Source: Rotaria socialis (taxonomy: Eukaryota). Taken from it: a DNA stretch of 64,000 nt. The stretch's first letter is position 1. Each line of letters starts with the position of its first letter. The DNA lies in assembly GCA_905331295.1 (NCBI GenBank), contig CAJNYD010000012.1, positions 62,001-126,000 on the forward strand. The letters run 5' to 3'. The position numbers and the translations under genes are program-made. Positions 1 to 12,167 of this stretch are shown here, piece by piece. The notes under the pieces are model-generated. The model was not told the origin of the DNA, ran no database searches, and was given only the letters and a program-made list of their open reading frames with translations.

Positions 1-1362
1 ATAGGTTTTTGACAGTTTCAGATTATTTTTCTTACGATAACATTTGCTTCTAAGTTCATATCGAATGACACATCAGGAAACCTCTGAAACTTGTATAACA
101 TAGCGATCTAATTGAGAATATCTCATATTCTGTATTGTATTTTATTCTTATTTCGCAAAACTAAAATGATTTTAACAATTCATCAACAAGACTTTAAATT
201 CTTCGGAATAAGATTAAACTCGGTTTTTTACGATTTCAGACCGACACTCGAGAAAAAAATAATCATGTTGTCGTGTAAATATGCTAATTCAACGAAAAAC
301 ATCAATGTTGAACGCTTACTAATAATCCAATATTCGCACCGGGTCCCATGGGTGCAAAATTAGCTTGTTTAAAATATGAATTATAATTCATATTTGGCAT
401 CGTAGGATTTTGTATGTATTGTCCATTAGTATTTGGAGGATTCATAGGATTTCCATAAAAATTTGTTAAATTAGGTGGAAATAAATTTTGATTATTCGGC
501 ACAAAACTACCTACAGAAGAAAAGAAATCTTTCAATTAATAGATTTTTTTCTTGTTTTGTACTTTGAGGAGAAAAATAATTTTGCTTTTGATTATAATTA
601 TTTCCTAAAAAATAAGAAAGTTCATTAAATTCTATAAGTTTCTCTTTTCCTCTATTGATTTTTTTATACCAAAATTTGGTTTCAGTGCAAGATCATTATC
701 TAAGAAATTTGTTCGATTTAACGATGTATGTGTTAGCCAAGATATTCCACCTTGACCATAGCCTGCATTATCATAACTATCATTTACATGTGCACCTATT
801 CCACCATAAAATCCAAGGCCATAGAAAACCTTGGCAAAAAAAAAAACGTTTTTTCTAATTCGCAAATTTTTTTCTGCGCCTGACATACTTGAAATGGTAA
901 TGCTATTGTTGGTAAATTATTTTGTGCTCGCAAATCAATCATTTGTCTTGGATTAGCTTCATTTAATTTTGTTTGTGCCATATTATACAATGTTTGATCA
1001 TCGTAGCGTCCCGGTACAATGTGATACTTCCAAAGTAAATTTGGATCTTCAATTTTCCCACTAAGGTGAGACATAGCCTCATTATTTGGTGCAAATATTG
1101 TAAAATCATTCATACCACCCAATTGCTGTTGAGGATAAATATTTTGTAATAACATTTGTATGTCTTGTTGACGGATTAATTGTTGATGAAACTATATTTT
1201 TAATTACAAGATAAAAAGAATTAATTCATTTTTGTCTTCTTCTTCTTCTTCTTCAAAACTTACCAATGTTAAATCAGGCATGTTTGCAATATCATCAAGT
1301 GGACCAGCCGAACAATTAATAATAATAATTATAAATAAAGTAAAAAACTGCATGGAACTCAT
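1..1362 (-). CDS. Secreted fasciclin (FAS1) domain protein, multi-exon, 3' end runs off the window
   Basis: Exon 1362-1264 encodes a signal peptide (MSSMQFFTLFIIIIINCSAGPLDDIANMPDLTL). GT-AG intron 1263-1192. Exon 1191-889 has the FAS1 motifs FTIFAPNNEA and LWKYHIVPGR. Further exons near 830-670, 510-320 and 108-36. Confidence 0.75.
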
Positions 1363-4300
1363 CTTTTGTAAATACTCTAAAAATAAAATTTATTTCAATC
1401 ACTAACTGACATTGTCACGTGCAAGAACTGATTGTTGAGACATAAAAAAAAGATCGAATCAGGTGAATATCGAACATATACAAATGACCGCATGAGAACA
1501 GTGTGAACATATTTTTTAATGATCAGACGACGATGAACTCTCTAGCGTAGAATTTCTCTTTTGTTCTCTATTCATAGTTCATCTCGAGCAATATGAATGA
1601 TTGCCATAGATTGTTCTTGAGGGTGTTCGAATATGAATAAAATACAAGATGCTATTTTGTCAATAATTATATACGTAATAGACAACAGTTTGTTTTTTGT
1701 TAGATTTGTAACTGATGAATAAAGAAATATATAAGGCCTTATCGGCAATGTCATCGAGTGTCTAAAACGAAAAATATTTATCAAACTCATGCTTATCTAT
1801 CTTTTCCTGTTACAATACTTGATGACTGTCATCGAAATCATCGATCATATTGATAAAAAAAACACATTCTAGAAATGCCGTGAGTTCAAGCTGAATACCA
1901 AACAAAAACGCCTACTTTCCTCTTCTTAACTAGGTATATTCTCTTGAATTTATATCTATTCAGTATTTTCTAAACTAAACTCAATTTACGTACGCTTACC
2001 ATTTAAATATACAATATATCCATCTTAGTTTTTACTCATTTTTACATAGAAATCTAAATAGACGAAATAATCAATATCTAATGAGTCTATGCCATAAAAA
2101 TATTGGCAAATGCATACAATCTCTGTTGTGTGAACAGCGCTATAGTTCTTCTATGCAATCGTTTATCATTTTTTTCCCTATAGAAATGCAGAGAGTGATC
2201 ATGAACATTTTTAGTTGAATTTTAATCTTCATTCATTTTGAATTCGAATATTTATACGTACAATAATTCAAATTCATGAAATGTTTGATTTTAATTAGTT
2301 TTTAATATAACCATAAATTCGGTTGAATTGAAAGAACAGAAATGAGATGCTTTGTTCATATAAGTGTTCAAGCGATCGTATTTGAACAATGAATAATTGA
2401 TCGATGATTGTTTTTCTTTGCGATCAAATTTATGGTCTATTGCTATTTTTCAATGTGTGAAAGGTTCGTTTTCTTTTCTGTCCATTTTGTTTCACCTTCA
2501 ATAAAATTGCTCTTATTTCAATATAATGACTGTGTTGATGATGACAAGAATACAAAAAAAAATGATATTTGAGGGATCAAGCACATCCTAATATTGACGT
2601 GAAGACGAAATGTTTTGTGTGTGAATGACTGTAATATGATAAGTGATATTTTTTTCGTTTTCATGTTCTTACGTTTTACTGTTTTGTGTGGACTAAAAAT
2701 AATCTTAATATAATTCATATTTTATTTGAATCATGGTCAGCATGATTATAGTCGTACGAAAACAATTTTTAAGTAAAAGCATTATCTTTATTGGTGTGAA
2801 CTCTATGAGTAAATTTTGATTGGTGTAAAGAATTATAGAAAATCTTCTTGTTGGATAATATCTATCGTTATTTGGATTATATGAAATTTTAAGCATCCTA
2901 CTGTAAAGAGATGAGTAGAATAAATAGTTCAAAGCTATTCTTGGTATAAAAGTTAGAAAATAGTTTGACTCTCTTGCGGAACAATAACGAAGATACATAG
3001 TAGCCTGCGAAAGGCAAGATATAATAAATTGAAAAACGTTCTAAACAATCATCTATTATTTTATAGGAATAACTAGGTAATACGATTTTACCGCCAAGAG
3101 CTATTCTATTTATATAAAATGATAGCTAACGATTGATATTTTTTTATCGCCTGATTTTCAGACATAAACACGAATATACTTTGAAATCTGATAATGACTC
3201 TGAGTACAGTGAATTCGAGACCAGATTGAGGCTTTAAAAAATGGCTATTACAGAGAATATAATAACTGTTGAATATGAAACCTCAGAGAGAAAATTAATG
3301 AGCCACGTATTAGTTATGATATTCCAATCATCAATTGAATGAACCGTTGAATGGCATCAATGCAAAATTTACTGACGGAATTTCTGCTAACATAGGTAAA
3401 TTAATGCGGAAACATCGGATTCACATCCGATTGTTATGTGTACTGCAAAAACTGAGTCGATTTAGATATGTTGTGGATAATTCTGAGAAAAAATGCTTTT
3501 TTGAAAAAATCCCTGTACCCCCCCCTCAGGAATGGTATGGTAAATAATGACAATTTTTTCGATAACTCAGCCATTTCTTGGCAGATCCTTCTCATCTTCG
3601 AACTCGACTGAGATATTGATGAGATCATTCTGTGTACAAAATGTAAAGACAATTGGATGAGGCTTTCAAGAGTTATCGTGGTAACGGCCGGACACACTGA
3701 CCGAATCTAGAGTGTACTCACTTTTTGAGTACATAAAAACACGGTTTTAGCAGCGACTTATTTTTTGTTGAAAAAGAACATCTTTTTTGCGTGAGGAATA
3801 CATATTCTAAAATATTAAAAGGGATATTATCTGTTCACGATGTTTAATTTTCTCGTAACATTGTTAAAAACTTTTGAAGTTGAGTTTCAGAACGAAGTAA
3901 TTTGATTCCGCAGGTCTATCGTTGTGTAGAGCTATTTAATATATGAAATAAAAGAATAGTTAAAGGATGCCGAATAACTTTCGCCAGCTTGGCAAGTTAA
4001 AATGTCTGTTGGGAAAAGTTGTAATCAGCTGAATAGTTCATGGGTTAGTTTTTTTTTTGGTCCGGTTCATTGAGAATTCTATTCATTTTTTCCCAGAAAT
4101 TGTAAAGCTTTTATCTTTGATTCGCAGATATTTTGAATAGCACGTAATTCCAAATTGTTGTATCTTTATTTTCTTTGTAAGTACGATAGCCGATGTATTT
4201 GAACTGTATAAGATATTGTTACTTTCGATGTCGTCCAAAATGTTGATATACTTGAAGATACTGCTATAAATCAAAATATCTATGTGAATATAATGCACAA

Positions 4301-5419
4301 CGATCATAACGATAATTTAGGAAACAGTACAGTAGTTGATAATACTATATGTGTAGATAACACTAGTGCTATTTACCCACAAGTGATCGATGATCTTATG
4401 AACAATGAATCTAATATTAAAAATAAGAAAAGAAAACATATCGGTCAACAAAATCCAACAAAAAAGTTAAATATTGATACTGATATGACATTCTCATTTG
4501 CACCAGCATGGCGTTTACGGTCAAAAACGCGCTCGAATCATCATGATGAACATAGTATTACGTCTATTAGGAACACAATTAATCGTGAGAATAAAAAGAA
4601 CTGAGCTTTTTTTTATTTCATTGTAGTGTTGTATGATTCGTTTGTAACCGTCTATGAGTATAGATGTTTGTAAACTGTAAGTAGTGATTATATTTTTTTT
4701 TCATTAGCTTTTGTTATTTCAGATATATTTATGATCGATATATATATATTAATGTTTGTGTTTGTATGAAATGTGACAACTAATATTTGATCGTTCACCT
4801 ATGTTCCATACAAATTCTTAGTATACATACTGTTTAATATTTTTTTCTACATTTTATTGATTGAGAATTGTTTTATTATTATTTTGATCTATTTTATTTT
4901 TTGATACAAAGCAGTTTAGATAGATTGTGTTATCACATTGGAAATGTCAATGTTGACTAGGGGAAGTATTGGTGTATGATTTATCTTTTTTAAGCTTTGG
5001 GGAATTAAAAGTCATATTTGTGTTTAGAAAATATTACACGGTGAAGAATTGATTGTTCCCATGGTCCTATTTATTAGTAGAGGTATTCAATTATTCAACA
5101 TTTTGTTCTGCATAGAAAACTATAATATATAGGAAGCTAACATATTATATGTCAACAGTGATGATTACTCTGAAAGTAACGTTACAAACATTCGTTTGCG
5201 TTTATCGGATTCAATTGATTCTTTCTCCGATAAATGTTTATTTTGTATTGTACTCTTTTTAATTTTGTTATTAGGATTCGTATATAAAACTAAACTAGTA
5301 AACGAGTTGAAGCCAGGAGCATTCATATCTATTAACTCTTGCAATGTAGAATCGTTGGGCCAAAATAAGTATGTTTCCTTGATCATTTCGCAGGTTATTG
5401 TAATAACTGTGATCTTTTA

Positions 5420-6354
5420 TCGGGTGCGCCAGAAATAATGGTACACATTGTATTTCGTGAATATCTTGCTCAGGTTTGATCGTGAAGAGTTAAAGTTAGA
5501 TTCAAAAGACACACCGTTAAATTCTCTACAAAGATTGCACCAAAAGTTTTTCACTACAAAGCGAAACAAAATATGAGAACAAGAATACTCAACAGGTTCA
5601 TAAGGACCAATTTCCTAAGCTAAAAAAGCAGCCTTTTTTGATTTTTCTCATTCGCTAATGGCCGCAATAATAAACAATACAGGCATTTTGTAGTCCTTGA
5701 AAAGTTCTATCGACCCAACCTAATTGGAAAATTTGCGTGCTTAGTTTTACGACGTACACCAATAATCTTCTTTCCCAAGTCTTCGAAAAATTACAGCCTT
5801 TTCAATCTGCTATTTCGGGGATCGTGGGAAGATAGGCATACCTACGTCAAAATAGTATCTTTTGCGTTCGATTTTTCTTTATTTTGATGGAAACTGACTG
5901 CTATGTCAGATTCAGAGATGAAAGTTGAGCATAAATTCTCTTCTTGAATTCAGCTGGCGAGAAATATCAGAATTGAAACATGTTTTAATAGGATTTTCAA
6001 AAGTCAGAATTTTCAATCTTCAGTTTGCTTCAAACGAACTGTGAGCTTCGTGACGAGAAAGAGCACACTTCGAAGTACTCAAAAACATCTTCATTACCAT
6101 TTTTGTTGTGTTTGAAATTATAAGAAACATTACAAATATTATTTAAAAAATGAGTTAGGAAGTTAGGCCTTTTGGACATGTTAAGCATTCTTGTTCTGAT
6201 ATTTTTGTTTCGCTTGGTAATGAAAAACTTATGATACAATCTTTGTAGAGAATTTAACGGTGTATCTTTTGAATCTAACCTTAGCTCTTCACAATCAAAC
6301 CTGAGCGAGATATTCACGAAATACAAAGTGTACCATTATTTCTGGCGCACCCGA
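5420..6354. mobile_element. Tc1/mariner-type MITE with ~200-bp TIRs and TA target duplication
   Basis: TA|TCGGGTGCGCCAGAAATAATGGTACAC... at 5418 and ...GTGTACCATTATTTCTGGCGCACCCGA|TA at 6356. Inverted similarity runs ~5420-5618 vs ~6154-6354. No transposase. Confidence 0.9.
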
Positions 6355-7493
6355 TAATACAATCGTATGCAAAATTCTCCATATGATTATTGTTCACGAT
6401 ACAGAGACAGAAACCATCACATGGCCGAATCGGATACAAAATTCTTCAAGTGAACATGATCTGAATTCCAACGATACACCAAACATTTTATCGTTAATTT
6501 CTTTGATTGATGTGGATCTTAGTAGTGGTAAAAAGCAAGTTTGTGATTTTTTGACGCTTGCTGTATTTTAAGAAGTATAATTGTTCCTTTAAAAAATACT
6601 ATTTTTAATCTTGCTGTTATAGTAATATTATACGTGCAAGGATTATATCCAAGAGTGCCGTGAGAACTTATGATTTTATCCAGCATAAGCTATTCTATTT
6701 TGAAATCATGGATGCTTCCGCAACATTACGCACGAAGGCTTGTAATCGACAATGTGATCGTATATTTGCCCATGTATGCATTGGAGAGGTTTGCCATTTT
6801 TTGTGTAAATACATTGTTTGATTTTCATTTAATATAAATATAGATGATTGAATTGTCAAAGTTCTACGTAGTTGTTGCAAACAAAAAGTACAACTAACTC
6901 AAAATTTTAATTGGAAGTTTAAAAAACTTTCTTGACTAATCTTGCCAATATTGAATATGATTAAACTATAAATAGCAGACTTGACATTTAACTAAGAACT
7001 CATTTATTTTTCTCTACACAAAGATCATCAGTAATTCTCTTGAAATTGCAAATTTGATGAGTATCTTTGAACGATAATCTCATTTGAAATTAGTTTAATT
7101 AATAATCAATTTTTCCATGTTATCTTGAATAAATATTGATCATTATCTATAAAAATAAGATGCTTTTTTTTCTTATCTAATTAAAGAAAGTGAGAATAAA
7201 TCTGCAATATTTGTCCTAAAAATTCTATAGACAATTAACATTGATCAATAAACTAATGGAAATAAACACTAAAACATCGGATTATTTTCTTAATATTATC
7301 TATGAATTTGAGAAGAAAGTTTTTCTTTAATAGAATTGTAATCAAGAGTCAAAACTTAATTAAATATTTTCTTTCCTCTCATATAACTTTCACTTAATTG
7401 AATCGTGCTAGTTGTTAAATTGTAATGAAAACATGTTGAATTAGATAGAAAGAACAAAAAAATGGATTTAATCGGTAAGAGAATCAATCTTAA

Positions 7494-8331
7494 ATGTCGA
7501 TAACAGAAGAAAAAACAAGAAAAATGCTTCTGTGTGCTATATCATGTATTTTACTATGGCCATTATCAATGATTATCATAGGTATTCGATATCGAAATGA
7601 ATGTCCAGGTCAACCTCAATTATCAATTTATCATATTACATTTGGTTCGATTTGGTTATTTCTTTTTTTCTTAAATATAATTCGTTGTTATTCATTTCAT
7701 CGATCTATTGATTTTATATCAACAATAATTTGGTTAATCCTTTTATTATTAATTATTCCAGGTTATACTTTTATATTTAATATTCGAAATATTATTCTAA
7801 TATCTGAAACATATCCGAATGAAATATGTGTGTAACAATTTCTGATGTTATAGATATTGTTAAGTTTGATGTTGAGTATATATTTTATTTCAATATCAAA
7901 AACCGTGCCCTTCTGTATTTCTCTCGTTCCTTATATACTATTTTCTAGCATGTAAGGACCTTGAGAAATACCGTAGATACAATAAAACAAGAAAGTGTAT
8001 AAGATAAGGCGTACGTATTGGTGCTATGCTAACGTGCTGATGGTGGGATAAATATTCCAACAGTGATGTTGCGTACTCCATCTGGTACTAACCGTGAGCC
8101 AAGGACAAAATCCCTCGTACTCTTGCGTAGTGAGAAAGAGAGCTGGATAATAGTATGGGTGAGAGACTAACAAGATGGTGGCCTTGAGGTATATTTCATT
8201 CGAGGGCTTGTAACTTCTAGAATAGATCGTTACAATGTGAAAAAACATTTTATGTTTATTCATCTATATTAATTGTTCTTGTTCATATTCCATTATACAT
8301 ATATGGATTTCGTGGTCGTTTACCTATTTAA
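7494..8331 (+). pseudogene. TMEM272-like small multi-TM protein interrupted by a solo LTR
   Basis: IGIRYRNECPGQPQLSIYHITFG and hydrophobic helices. Removing the insertion and one ATGTG copy restores ...YPNEIC|EKTFYVYSSILIVLVHIPLYIYGFRGRLPI*. Confidence 0.6.
7831..8234. mobile_element. Solo LTR (404 bp)
   Basis: Ends TGTAAC...GTTACA; perfect 5-bp TSD ATGTG (7826-7830, 8235-8239); interrupts an ORF. Confidence 0.85.
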
Positions 8332-8568
8332 AACATTTTATTCAAAATCAGCAAGCATCAATAAGAATATTCACAATAACAAACATTTAAATGAGCGTAA
8401 ACAGAAAATACAAGGTGAAATAAAAATAAAGACTTTAAACTATATAAAAATAAAAGTTTTCTTCATATTATTTGTCATTGCTTTAACTTCATGATGAGCA
8501 AATTTTGCTGAAAAATACTAATTAATTGTATTTAAAATCATCAACACGAACTAAATCTATTCAGGGCG

Positions 8569-9845
8569 CCCAGGTCGAACAGTCCGACCTGGAAACGGCC
8601 GGTTCCGGGTAGTTCCGTTGACTTTGTGGAAGCAGTATTCCGCTTGGAAATTTTTCGCATTTTTTCCAGTGATTTCCGATCAATTCCTGCCGGAAAAGCC
8701 CGACTGGAGTTTTGACCGGAATACTGCTTTCATGTCCCAGCGATTTCCCGTCTTTTCCTGCAGGATATGGTGACTTTCCCGCTTATTCCCTGGAGTATCC
8801 TACGTAGAGCTCGTCGGGTCCAAGAATTTTAGGACCCGTAACCGTAGCCCGACTCTGTATTCTAACTAATCTTGGAACCAAACCCGTACCCGATTATCAA
8901 CAGATTTTTAACTCGAATCTAAATCTGAAACATACTGATGTAAATCTTGATGATACAATCTAACAGAATTTAGTGCTCATTGCGAAAATTTGATGTGTTG
9001 ATTTTGAATCTCGGCGAGTGGCGACCTCCAGTAACAGAATTGGATAATTATATGGCATTAGACGAAATGATTGACGGAACTGAAGACGTTCTTTTATTTT
9101 GGAAACGTCATGCACAATCATTTCCTACATTGTCTATAATCGTACGCGATCTTTTTTCAATTCCAGCTTCAAACACCATCGTTGAAAGGTTATTTTCTGC
9201 GTCGAAAAACATTGTAACTGATCGAAGATCAAGTATAGGTGAAGCGAATCTCAACAAATTATTGTTTCTCAAAAAGAATCTCGCCGCATTAAAAGAATTA
9301 AATGATGTAAAAATTAAAAAAAATAATGAACAAATGAAACGAAAAGTCTCTACAGCCGATGATGAATCAATCGTCACCATCAACCACAACGACTCCAACA
9401 GCTTCAGTTCATCACCAATTACAAAAAAGACAAAACCTAACGAGGACAATGATGATGACGAATCTCTAAACGACAACGATGACACGAACGATAGTATTGA
9501 ACCGTATAATATTTTTTTGGATTTGTAAACTTTTGTCGTAAATAAGTTTTGAATATTGTAGTCAAGATGACGTTGTTCTAGTTTATATTATTTTTATATA
9601 TAAATTAAATGCTATTTATTAAAAGGAGAACTTAGCCTGATTCAAATATTCGTAAAATTTTCTAGCACGACTTATCTATAAACACTGCAAAATTTCTATG
9701 CGACCCGTACCCGTACCAGTCAAAAGCAATTTTCTAGAACCGTAACCAACCCGGACCCGGCGGGTCCGGGTACGGTTCCGGCTACGGGTAGAACCCGACG
9801 GGCTCTAATCCTACGGGATCCGGTGGCCGGAATGTTCGACCTGGG
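8569..9845. mobile_element. Non-autonomous TIR element (CCCAGG ends) hosting a nested hAT insertion
   Basis: CCCAGGTCGAACA ... TGTTCGACCTGGG, 13-bp TIR; CCGG-rich internal repeats; no TSD visible. Confidence 0.75.
8805..9807 (+). mobile_element. Internally deleted hAT transposon keeping only the C-terminal dimerisation-domain coding region (ORF 8980-9528)
   Basis: TIR TAGAGCTCGTCGGG / CCCGACGGGCTCTA; perfect 8-bp TSD ATCCTACG (8797-8804, 9808-9815); ACCCGTA(A/C)CCG subterminal repeats. Peptide DVLLFWK...FPTLS...FSIPASNTIVERLFSAS...RRSS matches the hAT dimerisation motif. Confidence 0.93.
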
Positions 9846-9926
9846 ATATAATAATTCGAAAAACAAAAATAGAGATTAAATCTAACTAATTTTATTCAAA
9901 CAAACAGATAAAAAATATCAATGAGA

Positions 9927-11401
9927 TTAATATTCATCAATTAAAGAAGAAAGTTGTTCTTTGACAGCATTTGTAATAAGAATAATAGCTTGATCAATTT
10001 CATCATCCGTTGTCATATAACTTGTACTTAATCGAATTGTACTTCGTGCTAATTTATAAGGAAGACCTTTAAATAGTAAAAAGAAAAATATCAGTCGATG
10101 AAAATTAAAGGAAATGCTTTTTAAAAATTATTCTATGGAGTATACTTCGAAAATTATCAATAATTCTATTAAATATTCAATATCGAAATTCATCTTGTTC
10201 GATGAAAGAAAACAAAAACAGTAATTACCAATCGCTTGGAGTGTTGTTGATATTGAATGATGTTGTGTATCTTCATGACAAGCACTACCTGTTGAAAATG
10301 CTACTCGATCATTTAATTTATTAACTAATTTTTTAGCATTTATTCCACGAAAAGTTAAGCTTAATGTATTTGATAAACATTTTTCATTTCCATTACGAAT
10401 AATAACATTTGCATCATACTGATTAAATTGATTAATTAATCCTTGATAAAGTCTATCACGTGTTCGTTTCATTTGTTCAATTCTTTTATTTAATAAATAT
10501 TTATTTGATATTAATTGGCAAGCTGTACCTAAACCAATAATAGCTAAAACATTTTCAGTACCTGGTCGGAGACCTTGTTCATGTTGTGCACCATAAAGAA
10601 TTGTTTCTAATTTAATTCCTTGACGAACATAAAGAGCACCAATACCTTTTGGTCCATGAAATTTATGTGAACATATGGTTAATAAATCAATATCAAGATT
10701 TGATACATCTACTGCAATTTTTCCAATTGATTGTGATGCATCACTGTGAATAACAAGATCAGATGAGCCATATTGACGACATAAACGAACTATTTCTTCG
10801 ATCGGTTGAATTGAACCTATGAAAAATAGATAATTTAAATAAATTTTTCATAACGATAAAAATATCACAACAAACCAATTTCATTATTACTATGCATTAT
10901 TGTAACAAGTTTTGTTTCAGGCTTTAATAATTGCCGAAAATGTTCAAGGTCAATAATTCCATTTGAATTAACTTGAACAAACGATACTTGAATATTTTTA
11001 TTTGAATTTTGTAAATATTTAATAATATTTATAACAGATGGATGTTCGAATGGACTTGTTATAATATGTTGAAATTTATTAAAATTTGATTTAAGAATTC
11101 CATGAATAGCTAAATTATTTGATTCAGTTCCACCACTTGTAAATATAATTTCATTTGAATCTGAAGCATTAATACTCATTCGAACTTGTTCTCTTGCTTC
11201 ATCAACTAAATGTCGAGCTTGATTTCCAATTAAATGCGAAGAACTTGGATTACCAAATGAATTTAAAGATTTTAAATGATGAATCATTGATTCAATAACT
11301 GATTCATGTTCATGCGTTGTTGCATTATTATCTAAGTAGATCAGATGAGAAATATCTCTATTTTGCTTATCGAAAACGTTATCGTTTGAGATAAGCGCCA
11401 T
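9927..11401 (-). CDS. nifS: Group I cysteine desulfurase (NifS/IscS-like, PLP-dependent), 3 exons: 11401-10876, 10816-10229, 10066-9927
   Basis: Motifs IYLDNNATT, FGNPSS, IFTSGGTESNNLAI, EHPSV, NNEIGSIQPI, HSDASQ, SHKFHGPKGIGALYVR (PLP lysine), RPGTENV, STGSAC (catalytic Cys), STIRLS. Both introns are GT-AG and the spliced frame is open. Confidence 0.93.
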
Positions 11402-11573
11402 GTGTTCTTGCTATTGATTTGAATATTTGTCGTTCTAATATTTATAACATTTATTATGACAGTTACGCATCTCGGTGCTTTTCTCTTCTTTTTTCTTGTT
11501 TTCTTTTCTTTATATAAATAGTGACGTGGCAAATATTATAATGAAACTGGTTAACATAGAATTAACGGTGACC

Positions 11574-11672
11574 GTTCAGTTCGTCGCATAAAAATATTTT
11601 TCGTTCTGTTCGTCGCATAAAAATATTTTTTGTTCTGTTCGTCGCAGAAAAATATTTTTTGTTCTGTTCGTC
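11574..11672. repeat. 29-bp tandem repeat, ~3.4 copies (subterminal repeat of the MULE)
   Basis: GTTC(A/T)GTTCGTCGCATAAAAATATTTTT(C/T) starting at 11574, 11603, 11632 and 11661. Confidence 0.9.
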
Positions 11673-11834
11673 ACTATCTATTTGCTTGACTTCTCTTAAT
11701 TAATTCTTTTTCTTAAAGATGTGAAATTGAACAATTAATTTGTCTTTATTTTATACATTATACATGACATAACGATGAAAAATTTGAGAACAAAAAGAAT
11801 AACTAAATAAAAAATATTTAAAGAATAATGTTAG

Positions 11835-12167
11835 TGTGCCGATATTGATGGCACGCTTCGATGATTCTCCTTCCTTCTCTTTCTGTTCTCTTTCCATTGT
11901 TCTAATGTATCTCTCTCCTGTCTCTCTTCTATCTCTCTTCTATATATACGTGCGTTATGTATGAAGTTGTTACACTCTGGAGATGTCCGATGACACAATA
12001 CACTATCATGCCGACGTGCATAGGCGACACTCTCTAGTTTTGTCGTTACACTCTGGATATGTGAATAAACGAATAAACGTCATTGCCGTGAGTGGCTGTA
12101 AGCTACTCCACCTCTATCCAGTTTGTCAATACGATATAAACTCAACAGAGTCCAACTTATCGTTACA
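11835..12167 (+). mobile_element. Solo LTR (333 bp) inserted in the last codons of the MULE transposase
   Basis: Ends TGTGCCGATA...TATCGTTACA; perfect 5-bp TSD GTTAG (11830-11834, 12168-12172); TATA at ~11941 and AATAAA at ~12064. Confidence 0.85.

Noticed and set aside
4284..6880. Small ORFs and exon-like pieces around the Tc1-type MITE
   Set aside because: Possibly a decayed gene or TE, but no motif was recognised.
11574..11672. 29-bp repeats as a CRISPR array
   Set aside because: The repeats are contiguous with no unique spacers, there are no cas genes, the context is eukaryotic, and they are explained as MULE subterminal repeats.
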